Shown here one piece after another: positions 1 through 9,932 of a DNA stretch of 64,000 nt. Under the pieces are notes generated by a model. That model was not told the origin of the DNA. It saw only the letters and a program-made list of their open reading frames with translations, and did no database searches. Position 1 is the first letter of the stretch, and each line of letters begins with the position of its first letter. Where the stretch lies: assembly GCA_963664195.1 (NCBI GenBank), contig OY760907.1, forward strand, positions 2,656,001 to 2,720,000, given 5' to 3'. The position numbers were made by a program, and so were the translations under genes. Origin of the DNA: an uncultured candidate division Zixibacteria bacterium. GTDB taxonomy: Bacteria > Zixibacteria > MSB-5A5 > GN15 > FEB-12.

Positions 1-144
1 GATCGGGCCTTTGTCGGATTCGTAGGCGCGCATGCCCTCGAAAACCGATGAACCGTAATGAATGACGTGGGAGAGAATGTGAATGTGGGCTTCGTCCCAT
101 TTGACGAGCTTGCCGTTCATCCAGATGAATTCTGATTTCTGCAT
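1..144 (-). CDS. ilvE: Branched-chain amino acid aminotransferase, 5' part only (runs off the window start)
   Basis: Not in the ORF track. The reverse complement reads [41 protein letters not shown], the class IV aminotransferase N-terminal signature (IWxNG...HYG..VFEG.RAY). Confidence 0.9.
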   Translation of the reverse strand, partial: MQKSEFIWMNGKLVKWDEAHIHILSHVIHYGSSVFEGMRAYESDKGPI

Positions 145-191
145 ATAGCTAGTCCCTCAGCGTATGAATTCGAAAGTGAATTGACTTGCGA

Positions 192-220
192 ATGATAATG
201 AATCCGACGGGTCACTTCAA
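192..220 (-). promoter_or_regulatory. sigma70-type promoter for ilvE
   Basis: Minus strand TTGAAG-17 bp-TATCAT, about 50 bp upstream of the ATG. Confidence 0.5.
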
Positions 221-229
221 CCGGAAACG

Positions 230-260
230 CAAACAGCCAACCCGATATCGAGTTGGCTGC
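230..260 (-). terminator. Probable intrinsic terminator after bioY
   Basis: CAGCCAAC/GTTGGCTG inverted repeat, followed on the minus strand by TTTGCGTTT. Confidence 0.45.
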
Positions 261-299
261 GCTTTAGATAATAGCCTTATCTTTATGTCTGAAAACTGG

Positions 300-875
300 T
301 TACCTGCGGCCGACGAATTTCCAGATCGAAGGCAGCACTACCGAGGCGACAGCGATTTTTATCGCAGCACCCGGGAGGAACGGTGTCAGACCCGCGGTCG
401 CCAGAGTACCGGCCGGTACGAAAAGCCAGAGCTGAGCCAGTCCACAGACAAAAATGATCGCGGTACCGACAGTCATCGCCAGCACGGACGTAACCAGGCT
501 GCGATCCCAGCCTCTGTCGGCCAGCGTGCCTACGGCATACGCGGCGACGAGGAAGCCGAGAAGATACCCGCCGGTCGGTCCCATGAGAGCAACCATTCCA
601 GCTTTGCCACCGGCGAAAACCGGCAGTCCGGCCAGGCCTTCGAGCAAGTAAGCCAGGACGACGGCGGTTCCGCGAGTGCGACCAAGAGCCATCGCCACGA
701 GCAGAATACCGAAAGTCTGGGCGGTAATCGGCACCGGCGAGAACGGTACGTTGATAGTCAGGTAGGAGCAGGCGACCAGCACTAGATTAAAGCTCAGGAG
801 CACGGGGATTTCAAGCCATCGCCTGCTCGGTTTCAGCAGATCATAAATCGTCAGTGAATGGGCGTGTGAATGCAT
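300..875 (-). CDS. bioY: Biotin transporter BioY (ECF S-component)
   Basis: Motifs PFSPVPITAQT, YLLEGLAGLPVFAGG, GPTGGYLLGF and GLTPFLPG. Start moved to MHSH at 875, which has an AGGAG RBS. Confidence 0.93.
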   Translation of the reverse strand: MHSHAHSLTIYDLLKPSRRWLEIPVLLSFNLVLVACSYLTINVPFSPVPITAQTFGILLVAMALGRTRGTAVVLAYLLEGLAGLPVFAGGKAGMVALMGPTGGYLLGFLVAAYAVGTLADRGWDRSLVTSVLAMTVGTAIIFVCGLAQLWLFVPAGTLATAGLTPFLPGAAIKIAVASVVLPSIWKFVGRR

Positions 876-994
876 ATCATAAGTCTCCTGTATGGGTATG
901 CGGTGACGATACACAGGCTGGATTTTGAAAGCAAGGATTTTTGCACCTGACAGAGAGGTTGAAATCTCCTGCCTCGCGTATCTTCCCTCGTCGA

Positions 995-1735
995 TCACAG
1001 GTTGATTTCGAGAACCGCCTGCGCATAGGGACCGGTGAAATCAGCGGTTATCGACTCACCCTCAAGCTCCCACTCTCCGTCGAAGCCTTCCAGTGCTCTC
1101 GTATCTAGGTAGCGATAGCCGAATTCGAGTCCAAGAGAGAAACGACGGGACATCGGTATGGAAGGTCCCCCACTTACGGCAAATCCAATCCCTTTAGCCA
1201 ACAGGCGAGTTTTCGCTTTCTCCCCGACACCCCTCTGAGAAGCGATAATGTCGAACCAACTGTGACACACGGTCGCCTCGACGCCCAATCGAAAGAGTAT
1301 GGGATTTGTGGTAGCCTTCCAGCTCACTCTGACAAATGGTGCAATGGCGTTCATTGACAGGGAATGGGCGACCACCAGATAGGATGGAAACTGGTCGTCG
1401 GGGTCAACGGCGTCCTGAGAAGACCTGAGAAAGCGAAGCCCGAGTCCGACATCTATCTTGTTCGACATTTCTTTCTCCAGAGCCAACGACAGGTCCACAC
1501 CCTTGTCGATGTGACTGTCGAATAGCCGGGTCGGCTCTGCGAAATGGTCTATGTAGAATGTGTTGAAGGCGTCCATGCTGAAGAATCCCAATCCCGCACC
1601 GGCCACTAACCTGTACCCGCTGCCAGCGTGTGAGCCGGGGACTCCGTCCCCGGGCGTACCGGCTTCCTGAGCCACTACGATGCCCCCGAAGCCTGCGAGA
1701 CATACGATAGCACCAACGATTGCAAAGTGTTTCAT
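995..1735 (-). CDS. Outer-membrane beta-barrel protein (OmpA/OmpW-like), function unknown
   Basis: Signal peptide MKHFAIVGAIVCLAGFGGIVVA, alternating beta-strand pattern, C-terminal LGLEFGYRYL...FTGPYAQAVLEINL, GGAGG RBS before 1735. Confidence 0.7.
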   Translation of the reverse strand: MKHFAIVGAIVCLAGFGGIVVAQEAGTPGDGVPGSHAGSGYRLVAGAGLGFFSMDAFNTFYIDHFAEPTRLFDSHIDKGVDLSLALEKEMSNKIDVGLGLRFLRSSQDAVDPDDQFPSYLVVAHSLSMNAIAPFVRVSWKATTNPILFRLGVEATVCHSWFDIIASQRGVGEKAKTRLLAKGIGFAVSGGPSIPMSRRFSLGLEFGYRYLDTRALEGFDGEWELEGESITADFTGPYAQAVLEINL

Positions 1736-1861
1736 AATTCCCTCCATGCAGGTTTTTGAATAGACTATACCGTGGCATCTGCTCTCGCGCGATTGTGTCT
1801 CCGGTGTAGATACAAAGTCGCACACCGTATGAGCAACGGGCTTGTAACAGAAGCTCTGTGA

Positions 1862-1890
1862 AATCTACATGTTCCAGCAACTCATGTCAA
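1862..1890 (-). promoter_or_regulatory. sigma70-type promoter for the beta-barrel gene
   Basis: Minus strand TTGACA-17 bp-TAGATT. Confidence 0.55.
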
Positions 1891-1902
1891 TCGGCAAACA
1901 TT

Positions 1903-1934
1903 GTTGTCGCTCGCCCCAGTTGTCGCTCGCCCCA
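1903..1934. repeat. Perfect 16-bp tandem direct repeat (GTTGTCGCTCGCCCCA x2)
   Basis: Read directly from the sequence; lies between two divergent TTGACA hexamers. Confidence 0.9.
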
Positions 1935-2151
1935 ATTAAAACCTTGACACGCGAGCCTACAATTAGTATCTATAGACATACAGGGTTTCGAGTTGATTCG
2001 GACACCCGGGATTCACTTCGTATCGAAACAGAGCACAACACACTTCAACAATCGCTAACTGCGGGTTTCTGTCTGCGAGGGACTTGGACAGGTAGTGTTC
2101 GATAACTGCAATGGCCCCGGGACCTCACACAGTTTCGGGTGAAGGGAGGAA

Positions 2152-3327
2152 GTGTTCATGAAGAGATTGGTGTTAATCTTGGTATCGTTGGCGGCTTTGC
2201 TCTGTGCGGTACCGGTTGTATCTGCTCAGGATTGCGGTGATATCAACAGCGACGGATCGGTGAACATTGTGGATATGGTGCGCATCCTCAACCACGTGGG
2301 AAGTGGCTGGGAGTTAACTCCTGAGGAAGAGGCGTTGGCCGACTGCGACGGTCGTCTGGGTGTCACTATTGGAGACGCCACGGCCATAAGCGACTCGCTG
2401 TTCCTGCTTGAAGGCGGTTTTGACTGCGAACCTGCTGCGACCTATACGTTTGCGTTTGCGCCCAACGATACGGTGTTTTTGCCGCGCGTTGAGCAGATAC
2501 CGGACGGGATTGATACTGTGGTGCTGTCAGTCCGGGCCTCTTTCGAGGAGAACACGCACGGTTTTTACATGCCCTTCCGCTCAATCGGCGCGGGTATGGG
2601 AGGCGCTTTCCAGTATGTGAGCTGCTCTAATCCGCAGGGCGGACTCTTTTTCTCTCAAGTCATGTACCCATATGATTGGGAGGTAGATTCCTTGATTGCA
2701 AGCGGGCTCAGGGGCCAATCCGGATCGCTCGTCAACGCGGAGATCTTCCAAGTAAAGTATGGCAGGACTTCCGCGGGACAGGCCGATATTTCGATGGAGC
2801 CTTTCGACAGGGAGGACCTCTGGCGGTTTGCGGTTGCAAAGGACGGAGACCTGTATATCCCGGTGTTCGCGTACTACGATGTTGATCTGCCGGTCTCCAC
2901 ACTCAGTGCATCGCTGACCTCCGTTGCACTCGACGGAACTGCCGGTACTACTACGAGCAGCGAGGTGATGATAGACTTCAGTGCGTCTGACTACCCAATT
3001 GGATACACCCTGACTGCTACGGAACCGTGGATTAGGATCGACGGTGCCGCCAGCGGTATGTTCACAACCCCGGCGAATGTCGTATTCTCTGCTGACCCCA
3101 CGGACTTGTTTGCCGGCGTCTACACCGGGCAGGTTGCGGTCACAGACCTGGTTCCGTCTACGGCTGTGTCCGCAGTTGACTTTATCAATGTCACGATTAC
3201 CGTAGATGATCCCACGCCGTATCCGCCGGGCGATCTTGACTGTGATGGTCTTGTGACGATGAGTGATCTGACGATTATGATTTACTACCTGTTCATCGAT
3301 CCCGGTCCGATTCCGCCGTGTGAATGA
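2152..3327 (+). CDS. Secreted protein with N- and C-terminal dockerin-like motifs and a BACON-like domain
   Basis: Signal peptide; CGDINSDGSVNIVD/ADCDGRLGVTIGD at the N-terminus; PWIRI...G.YTGQVAV BACON-like segment; C-terminal GDLDCDGLVTMSDL...YLF...PPC. Start is GTG 2152 or ATG 2158. Confidence 0.75.
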   Translation: MFMKRLVLILVSLAALLCAVPVVSAQDCGDINSDGSVNIVDMVRILNHVGSGWELTPEEEALADCDGRLGVTIGDATAISDSLFLLEGGFDCEPAATYTFAFAPNDTVFLPRVEQIPDGIDTVVLSVRASFEENTHGFYMPFRSIGAGMGGAFQYVSCSNPQGGLFFSQVMYPYDWEVDSLIASGLRGQSGSLVNAEIFQVKYGRTSAGQADISMEPFDREDLWRFAVAKDGDLYIPVFAYYDVDLPVSTLSASLTSVALDGTAGTTTSSEVMIDFSASDYPIGYTLTATEPWIRIDGAASGMFTTPANVVFSADPTDLFAGVYTGQVAVTDLVPSTAVSAVDFINVTITVDDPTPYPPGDLDCDGLVTMSDLTIMIYYLFIDPGPIPPCE

Positions 3328-3388
3328 GGCAGGGGACAGAGCCAGCAGTTCTTCGGTGAAATCGTAGAACGCAATAGACTACTAGCAG

Positions 3389-3423
3389 AAGCCCGTCGAA
3401 TGACAACAATCGACGGGCTTTCT
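3389..3423. terminator. Bidirectional terminator between convergent genes
   Basis: AAGCCCGTCGA/TCGACGGGCTT 11-bp stem. Confidence 0.7.
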
Positions 3424-3456
3424 GTCAATTGTGGAGTATAGGTCGATTGGCAGGGG

Positions 3457-6400
3457 TCAGCGAGCGGGTTCGCTGCGTTCGTCCAATGTCTCACGCACCT
3501 TGTGAACCAGCGCGTTCACTTTGAACGGTTTCTGTATGAAGCAGATATCCGGCTCCAATACGCCGTGTTCTGCGATGACATCGTCGGTGTACCCGGACAT
3601 GAAGATAACCTTCAGATCCGGGATGGTCTTCTCCAGGGCATTGCGAAGCTGCTTTCCGTTCATTTCCGGCATGATAACATCGGTCAGAAGAAGGCCGATC
3701 GGGCCGTCGTGCGTTCGGGCAAGGTCCAGGCATTCGTGACCGTTGGCGGCGGGGAGGACTTTGTATCCCTGTTGATTGAGAATAGTGACGATCAGGTTGC
3801 GCATGATATCATCGTCCTCAGCCACGAGCACGGTTTCCGTACAATTAGCATTCTGCTTCTCCCTGACCTTCGGTCGACTCGCTTCAATCGCACCTTCGTA
3901 CCTGGGGAAGTACACGTCGAACGTCGTGCCTGCACCTACTTCAGATCGAACGACGATGTGACCTCCGTGCTGGCTGACGATACCGTATACGGTTGCCAGG
4001 CCGAGGCCGGTTCCCTTGCCGCGCTCCTTAGTTGTGAAGAACGGCTCAAAAATGTGTTTACGCGTCTCCTCGTCCATGCCGAAGCCGGTATCCCGGATTG
4101 AGAGTCGCACATGGTCACCGGCCCGGGCGTCGGGATGCAGAGACAGATGAGAGTCATCAAGAACAGCATTGTCGATCTCAATGGTGAGCGTTCCGCTCGT
4201 CGGCATGGCATGCTGCGCGTTGACCGCCAGATTCAGGAGCACTTGCTCGATTTGTGAGACATCGCCCTGAATGTGCCAGACGTCTTGTTCGGCCCGGCAG
4301 TCGATTTGGATATCCTCCCTGATCGTACCACGCAGCATCTTCTGGAACCCGGCAACCAGCTTCTGGAGAGCGACCGGCTTGAGTTCCAGAACCTGTTTGC
4401 GACTGAAGGCCAGGAGTCTCTGAGTAAGATCCTTCGACCGCTCAGCAGCCTTGAGAATCTGTTCCACTTGATCATAGCGAGGGTCTTCGGGCATGAGGTC
4501 GGTCTGGATCATTTCCGAGTAACAGAGAATCGGGGCGAGCATGTTGTTGAAATCGTGAGCGATGCCAGCCGCGAGTCGACCGACCGTCTCCATTTTCTGC
4601 GAGTGATAGAACTGCTCTTGAAGACTTCTCCGCTCGGTTATGTCGTGAAAATTCCAGACCCGACCAACCTGCATGTTGTCTCTCAAAAGCGGACAGGTGA
4701 AGCGTTCGATGACCCGGTTGTCTTTGAGGCGGATTTCATCAATTCTCTGGCCGGAACTTGCATATATCTCGTATACTCGTTTCTTGAAAGCCACAGGGTC
4801 AGTAACCTGAGCTGAAACGAACTCCAGCATCGATTCGTCGTCGACACTGGCGGCAAGATCCTCGGGAATGCCCCAGATTTCGGCAAAACGGATGTTCGAT
4901 GTAAGAATACGTTGGTGCTTGTCCACCACCAGGATGCCATCGCCGGTGGAGTTGAGAGTGCCTTTCAGAATTTCTTCGCTTTGACGTCTGGCTTCCTCTG
5001 AGCGTTTGCGCTCGGTGATATCAGTTACCACTGAAAAACTGCCGGCATATACACCGTTCTCATCAAGGATCGGTTGCGGTGATACGATGGTTACGATTTT
5101 GTCGCCGCTTCTGGGCGTCCACTCGATTTCGTAGGGCATTCGCTCACCCCGCTTGCGCCGCGATAACTGTTCTTCGACCAGCGGAAGATTGGGACCATCG
5201 AAGAACGCCCGAACAGGTCTGCCGATTATTTCATCGCTCTGGATACCGAGCATACTGCACATTCGGGGGTTGGCGTATGTCAGACGGGCGTCACGGTCCA
5301 CGACGATAATCCCGTCATTCATGGTTTCCACCAGCAAGCGGAACTGCTCCTCACTCTTCTGCAGGGCGTCCTGTGCCCGCTCACGTTGTGCCACGGTTTT
5401 CTTCAATTCGGCGATCTTCGATTTGAGTTCGGAGGCGTGAAGAGTGACCATGGCGCGTTTTTCACGGTAGTAATCGACGCGCTGCTTCAACTCGTCCGGG
5501 GAGACTTTGAGATCGGCGAGGATCTTCCCATAAACGCGGGAGAGCTGTTCGGTTTCCGCCCGACTGACAATCGCACTGTCTCTGAGGGCTTTGTGTGCAA
5601 CGGTCGTACCAACCGATCCTGCCAGTTGCTTTTCTACTTCGCCGAGAAATTCGGACAGTTCCAGAACGGACACTTCGTCCATCTCCCTGAGACCGGTATT
5701 GAACAAGCAGGAGTCGATCATTTTGGCGGCAGTCGCCGTATCGAAGTACTCACCAAGCAGAGCCAGGGCATCCTGAACCTTGTGCTTGAGATGAATACGA
5801 GTGCCCTCTGCTTTTGACGGCGACAGGACGGTTCCCTGATGCAGTATGCCTACAAATACCTCGGCCTGGCGCTCTTCTTCCTCATCACGATCAGAGAACA
5901 TGGAAACGAGGGTGTAGACGCCAACATTGCATACTACGGTCCAGAACACGGCGTGCGACAGAGGTTCGAGACCGGTAAGGCCCAGGAGCTGCTCCGGTCT
6001 GAGCAAGCCAATTCCAAAGGGCCCCTCGGTGAGAAGCTCCTGCGCCAGCCAGCCGCTTCTTACCAGCGACGGCAACAGCAGGGTGTAGAACCACATCGCG
6101 AATCCTGCACTCATGCCCCAGAAGGCACCATGCTTGTTGCCGGTTCGCCAGAAGAGTCCGCCCAGAATGGCCGGAGCAAACTGGAGTGCCGCCGTGAACG
6201 AGATTATTCCCATATTTACCAGCGTGTACGAGCCGGATAGCACTCTCTCGAAGAAATAGCCCACCAGGATGACCGTGGCGACTCCCATCCAGCGGGCGTG
6301 GAGGACATGGTGTCTGAGAAATTGGAGGATCCGCAGCCGGTCTACTGCGGGAAGCATGATATGGTTGGTGAGCATAGTGGACATGGTCATCGAGCTTATC

Positions 6401-7437
6401 ATGATCATGCTGGCTGCGGCCGAGAAGCCACCCAAAAACACGACCATCGCGAGCCAGGGCTTGTTCAACTGAAGGGGAATATCCAGCACAAAAGTATCAG
6501 CTCGTTCGACCGGTAGTCCATTGAGTAGTCCGCCGAAGGCGATGGGAATCACGAAGATGTTTATTGCGAGCATGTAGGCCGGGAAAAGCCACATCGCCGT
6601 CCTGATATGCTTCTCGCTGGAGTTCTCCACGACTCCTATATGGAATTGACGAGGGAGAAACAGGATTGCCGACATGCCGAGGACCAGGTAGGTTGTCCAC
6701 ATTGTGGCGGTTGGTGTTCCGGAACCGTTTTCGCTGAACTGTGTCGCAAACGGGCTCTCTTGGATGCGCTGGAAAATGTCGCCGAAACCGTCATACACGA
6801 AAAAGGTGACCACGACGCCGACTGCCAGAAACGTTGCCAGCTTAACCCCTGACTGCACCGCCACGGCCATAATCATGCCCTGGTGGCGCTCGGTGGGAGC
6901 AAGACGTCTGACTCCAAATATGATGGTGAACAGGATCATGAGACAGACGATGAAGACACCAAGCCCTTCGCCCGCGACCGAGTCGCCCATCCTATCTGTG
7001 AGAAGAGAGAAGGTCTCAGTGATGGCCTTCAATTGCAGCGCTATGTACGGTGCGATGCCCACTAGCGCCATGACCGTAACTAGTCCGGCGACCCGCTGTG
7101 ATTTGCCGTACCTTGCTGCCACGAAGTCTGCGATACTGGTTATTCTATACTCGTCTTTGATCCTGACCAGCTTGCGAAGTACAGTCCACCATAGAATGAC
7201 CGCTAGGGTGGGGCCAAGATAGATGCTGAGGAAGAGAGTCCCTGAAGTCGCTACCAGTCCGACGCTGCCGAAGTAGGTCCAGGCAGTACAGTAGACAGCC
7301 AGAGCCAGCGAGTAAACGACCGGGTTGTCGGCGGGGCTTTTCCCTTGCGATGATTTCTTTGCTACCCAATTCGCAATGAAAAACAGCACGCCGAAATAGA
7401 GGAGAATGGCTCCGATTATGACGCCGGGGGAGAACAT
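3457..7437 (-). CDS. Sodium:solute symporter (SLC5)-fused hybrid histidine kinase, CbrA/CrbS-like (SSS-STAC-PAS-PAS-HisKA-HATPase-REC)
   Basis: [28 protein letters not shown] and [11 protein letters not shown] match the CbrA/CrbS transporter domain; two PAS domains; H-box [23 protein letters not shown]; receiver [13 protein letters not shown]...KPF. Confidence 0.9.
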   Translation of the reverse strand: MFSPGVIIGAILLYFGVLFFIANWVAKKSSQGKSPADNPVVYSLALAVYCTAWTYFGSVGLVATSGTLFLSIYLGPTLAVILWWTVLRKLVRIKDEYRITSIADFVAARYGKSQRVAGLVTVMALVGIAPYIALQLKAITETFSLLTDRMGDSVAGEGLGVFIVCLMILFTIIFGVRRLAPTERHQGMIMAVAVQSGVKLATFLAVGVVVTFFVYDGFGDIFQRIQESPFATQFSENGSGTPTATMWTTYLVLGMSAILFLPRQFHIGVVENSSEKHIRTAMWLFPAYMLAINIFVIPIAFGGLLNGLPVERADTFVLDIPLQLNKPWLAMVVFLGGFSAAASMIMISSMTMSTMLTNHIMLPAVDRLRILQFLRHHVLHARWMGVATVILVGYFFERVLSGSYTLVNMGIISFTAALQFAPAILGGLFWRTGNKHGAFWGMSAGFAMWFYTLLLPSLVRSGWLAQELLTEGPFGIGLLRPEQLLGLTGLEPLSHAVFWTVVCNVGVYTLVSMFSDRDEEEERQAEVFVGILHQGTVLSPSKAEGTRIHLKHKVQDALALLGEYFDTATAAKMIDSCLFNTGLREMDEVSVLELSEFLGEVEKQLAGSVGTTVAHKALRDSAIVSRAETEQLSRVYGKILADLKVSPDELKQRVDYYREKRAMVTLHASELKSKIAELKKTVAQRERAQDALQKSEEQFRLLVETMNDGIIVVDRDARLTYANPRMCSMLGIQSDEIIGRPVRAFFDGPNLPLVEEQLSRRKRGERMPYEIEWTPRSGDKIVTIVSPQPILDENGVYAGSFSVVTDITERKRSEEARRQSEEILKGTLNSTGDGILVVDKHQRILTSNIRFAEIWGIPEDLAASVDDESMLEFVSAQVTDPVAFKKRVYEIYASSGQRIDEIRLKDNRVIERFTCPLLRDNMQVGRVWNFHDITERRSLQEQFYHSQKMETVGRLAAGIAHDFNNMLAPILCYSEMIQTDLMPEDPRYDQVEQILKAAERSKDLTQRLLAFSRKQVLELKPVALQKLVAGFQKMLRGTIREDIQIDCRAEQDVWHIQGDVSQIEQVLLNLAVNAQHAMPTSGTLTIEIDNAVLDDSHLSLHPDARAGDHVRLSIRDTGFGMDEETRKHIFEPFFTTKERGKGTGLGLATVYGIVSQHGGHIVVRSEVGAGTTFDVYFPRYEGAIEASRPKVREKQNANCTETVLVAEDDDIMRNLIVTILNQQGYKVLPAANGHECLDLARTHDGPIGLLLTDVIMPEMNGKQLRNALEKTIPDLKVIFMSGYTDDVIAEHGVLEPDICFIQKPFKVNALVHKVRETLDERSEPAR

Positions 7438-7668
7438 TTATCGGTTTCCCTCTTTCGGGGAGTCCGTTCTCTCCCGATGGCCGTGCCGGGTTGCCAGATA
7501 CAGAGCGGCAACAGCGAAGGCCCACACGAGAAAAATATAGAAGAACATGCTGCCGATTCTCTCCTGCAGCGCCGTTCCCCAGTACGGCCAGAGGAATAAG
7601 ACAAGACAGATGCAGAACAAGACGATGTGTAGTTCGTTGCGTGCGGTCATGTCTTTTAATGACTTCAT
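7438..7668 (-). CDS. Small two-TM membrane protein directly upstream of the SLC5 kinase
   Basis: Two hydrophobic segments (LFCICLVLFLWP; MFFYIFLVWAFAVAALYL). Its stop abuts the kinase start, and its 3' end contains the kinase RBS (GAGGGA). Confidence 0.7.
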   Translation of the reverse strand: MKSLKDMTARNELHIVLFCICLVLFLWPYWGTALQERIGSMFFYIFLVWAFAVAALYLATRHGHRERTDSPKEGNR

Positions 7669-7812
7669 GATAGCCCCTGTTACTCCCTGCTATGAATTAT
7701 GTCGGCACGGGAGTAGAATCCTCAACGATTGTCCGGGCCCCTTCCTGTCGGGCAATCGGATTGGCACCCTCTAACTTAAACGGCGTTGGCTTCAAAACGG
7801 TTGGTGGCAAGG

Positions 7813-8145
7813 TCATTCCTCGTACTCTTCAACCCGTCGGACATCGGTGCGTGCAAAGAAATACGGTAGATTGTTGTCGATTCCACGTTCCGCTGTACAT
7901 ACCATAAACGACGGTCCCTCCAGAATCGCGACAATCGTCTGGACAGGGGCATTCCGCTCCAGGTCCGCGCATCGTTTGCCTACTTCTATATAAAGAGGAG
8001 GTTGCCAGTGTTCGGCAGAATTCACCTTGATGGCTCGGATGCGCTTGGATTTCACCGGGGCGCTGATAGCTTTGCTCATGCGTTGTCGAACGCTCTCAAA
8101 TTCTTCCGGGTTAAGCATAGAGACCTTGTTGGCGTTGCGCCTCAT
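7813..8145 (-). CDS. Hypothetical protein (about 100-110 aa)
   Basis: Non-overlapping C-terminal part of the 7813..8448 ORF with protein-like composition. Start is 8145 or 8118. Confidence 0.55.
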   Translation of the reverse strand: MRRNANKVSMLNPEEFESVRQRMSKAISAPVKSKRIRAIKVNSAEHWQPPLYIEVGKRCADLERNAPVQTIVAILEGPSFMVCTAERGIDNNLPYFFARTDVRRVEEYEE

Positions 8146-8297
8146 ATCAGGTGTTAATTCACCAAGATGGACGCTGGTTTTGGCATGCGCAACAAGAACT
8201 CTCGGGCTGGAGATTCGTTTTATTCTTGTCTTGAACCGGCATCGCGTCTTAGCTTCAACCCGGCAACTCTCAGCGTGTACACAAAACGGAACGCAGT

Positions 8298-9140
8298 ATG
8301 GAAGAAACCAAAAACATCGTAATTGTCTCCGATGGCACCGGACGGACCGCTCGCCGGTTGATGGACGCTGTCCTCGTGCAGTATTCCGACAAAGACCTCG
8401 AATTCTCGTTAGTAAATACGTACACCGAGATTCGCAGCAAGAACGCACTCGACAAGATCATCGCCGAAGTCGACCAGGAAACGCTCGTGCTGTTTTCGAT
8501 CATATCCGAGGACCTCGCCGAGTACTTCACCTCCGAACTCCACCAGCGCGGCATCATGACCCTGAACGTTCTGCAGCCGATGCTCGACATTATGTCGAAA
8601 TTCCTCGGTGTTCACCCTGACTACAAACCCGGCTTGCTGCACGTGATTGATGACCGTTACTATCGCAAGATTGACGCCATCGGCTATACGGTGGAGCATG
8701 ACGACGGTCGTGGGCAACATATCGAGGATGCGGATATCGTGTTACTGGGGCTTTCGCGAAGCTGCAAAACGCCTATCAGCATGTACCTCGCCTGCAATCA
8801 TGGCTTCAAAGTGGCGAACATTCCGGTGGTGCGTGACGCTACGGTTACGCAGAACATGCTCACCCGACTGGACTGCGTGAATTCAGACCGGATAGTCGGA
8901 TTGTTCATGCGCCCGGAGGTACTCGCTTACGTAAGGGAGGAGCGATCCCTTCTGATGACCGGATCTGCGAGATCACAGCAGGAGATACAAGAATACTACG
9001 ACATTCGAGAGATCACGAAGGAATTCCGGTTCTGTCGGGATCTGTTCGAAGTGAAAAAGTGGGCTACGGTCGACGTGACCCGTCGTGCTATCGAGGAAGT
9101 CTCACTTGAGATCATTGACCACTTGTCATTGAAACGCTGA
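8298..9140 (+). CDS. ppsR: PEP synthase/PPDK regulatory kinase-pyrophosphorylase (DUF299)
   Basis: VSDGTGRTA, YYRKIDAIGYTVEHDDG, ADIVLLGLSRSCKTPISMYLA, KVANIP, DVTRRAIEE. Confidence 0.9.
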   Translation: MEETKNIVIVSDGTGRTARRLMDAVLVQYSDKDLEFSLVNTYTEIRSKNALDKIIAEVDQETLVLFSIISEDLAEYFTSELHQRGIMTLNVLQPMLDIMSKFLGVHPDYKPGLLHVIDDRYYRKIDAIGYTVEHDDGRGQHIEDADIVLLGLSRSCKTPISMYLACNHGFKVANIPVVRDATVTQNMLTRLDCVNSDRIVGLFMRPEVLAYVREERSLLMTGSARSQQEIQEYYDIREITKEFRFCRDLFEVKKWATVDVTRRAIEEVSLEIIDHLSLKR

Positions 9141-9153
9141 CGAGGACGTCTGA

Positions 9154-9846
9154 CTAATCGTCGAGCGCGGTGCGGGCAAGGTCACCGACCGACGACACCC
9201 TGAGCTCACCTGACTCAAAGTCATAGACCGTCAGAGTCGCCAGATCATCAAACAGGGGACGGGCTTGTTCCAGGGCCTCTTTCCGCTCAAGTGCCCCCAG
9301 CGCCAAAATCGCATAGCCGCGAATCACCGCATCGCTGTCTTTGAGTGAAGCGACGATGTCGTCGATGGCCCCGGCGAAGATATCCGGGCGCTGAGCCGCC
9401 ACTCGGCCAACTGCCCAAAGGGAACCTCGCTCAAACGGTTCTTCAATGAAAAAAGAAGGGAGAATCGCGCCGTATTCATTCAGCAGCGACGGGACGTTGT
9501 GCAGGATTTCTCCGATCGCCTCCGGACCGTTCCAGCAGAGACCACCCGACTCATCGTTCATCGCCCACAGGAACTTGCGGATCTGACCACGGACTTGTTC
9601 CAGATCATCGTGCGAGATATCTTCCGCCACGCGTCCCAGCGCTTCGATTGTCCGCCAGCGGATGAGAGGATCGGGGTCGAAGAGCACGGTTGAGAGGGTC
9701 CGCATCGGGCCGACTTCCTCTCTGGCCCATGCCACTACGGCTTCGGGGTTGTGTTTCCGGAGCAGTTGCCGGGCGGCTTTCTTGCGCTGCCTCTGGCTGG
9801 ATCGAGTAGTGTCAGCGGATTTATCTTCATTCATAATCGGTATCAT
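9154..9846 (-). CDS. HEAT-repeat protein, DVU0298-like
   Basis: RWRTIEALG, RKFLWAMNDESGGLCWNGPEAIGEI, LKDSDAVIRGYAILALG. Confidence 0.75.
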   Translation of the reverse strand: MIPIMNEDKSADTTRSSQRQRKKAARQLLRKHNPEAVVAWAREEVGPMRTLSTVLFDPDPLIRWRTIEALGRVAEDISHDDLEQVRGQIRKFLWAMNDESGGLCWNGPEAIGEILHNVPSLLNEYGAILPSFFIEEPFERGSLWAVGRVAAQRPDIFAGAIDDIVASLKDSDAVIRGYAILALGALERKEALEQARPLFDDLATLTVYDFESGELRVSSVGDLARTALDD

Positions 9847-9849
9847 AGG

Positions 9850-9869
9850 TCTCTCCTTGCAAGGAGAGA
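9850..9869. promoter_or_regulatory. Perfect 20-bp palindrome containing the RBS of the HEAT-repeat gene
   Basis: TCTCTCCTTGCAAGGAGAGA is its own reverse complement and ends 3 nt before the ATG at 9846. Confidence 0.6.
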
Positions 9870-9932
9870 ACAGTGAGAGCGAGGTTTTGTTCCGTGAATT
9901 GCATCATCTTTGGCCCGTACGCGCAAAGCAGT

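Noticed and set aside
876..998. N-terminal extensions in the ORF track (bioY, barrel protein, methyltransferase, LptE, M6, truA, FHA, etfA)
   Set aside because: Downstream starts fit RBS position and family N-termini better; the extensions are longest-ORF artefacts, not fusions.
7704..7719. CGGCACGGGAGTAGAA as a sigma54 site
   Set aside because: The -12 element is GA rather than GC, and it points away from the adjacent minus-strand genes.
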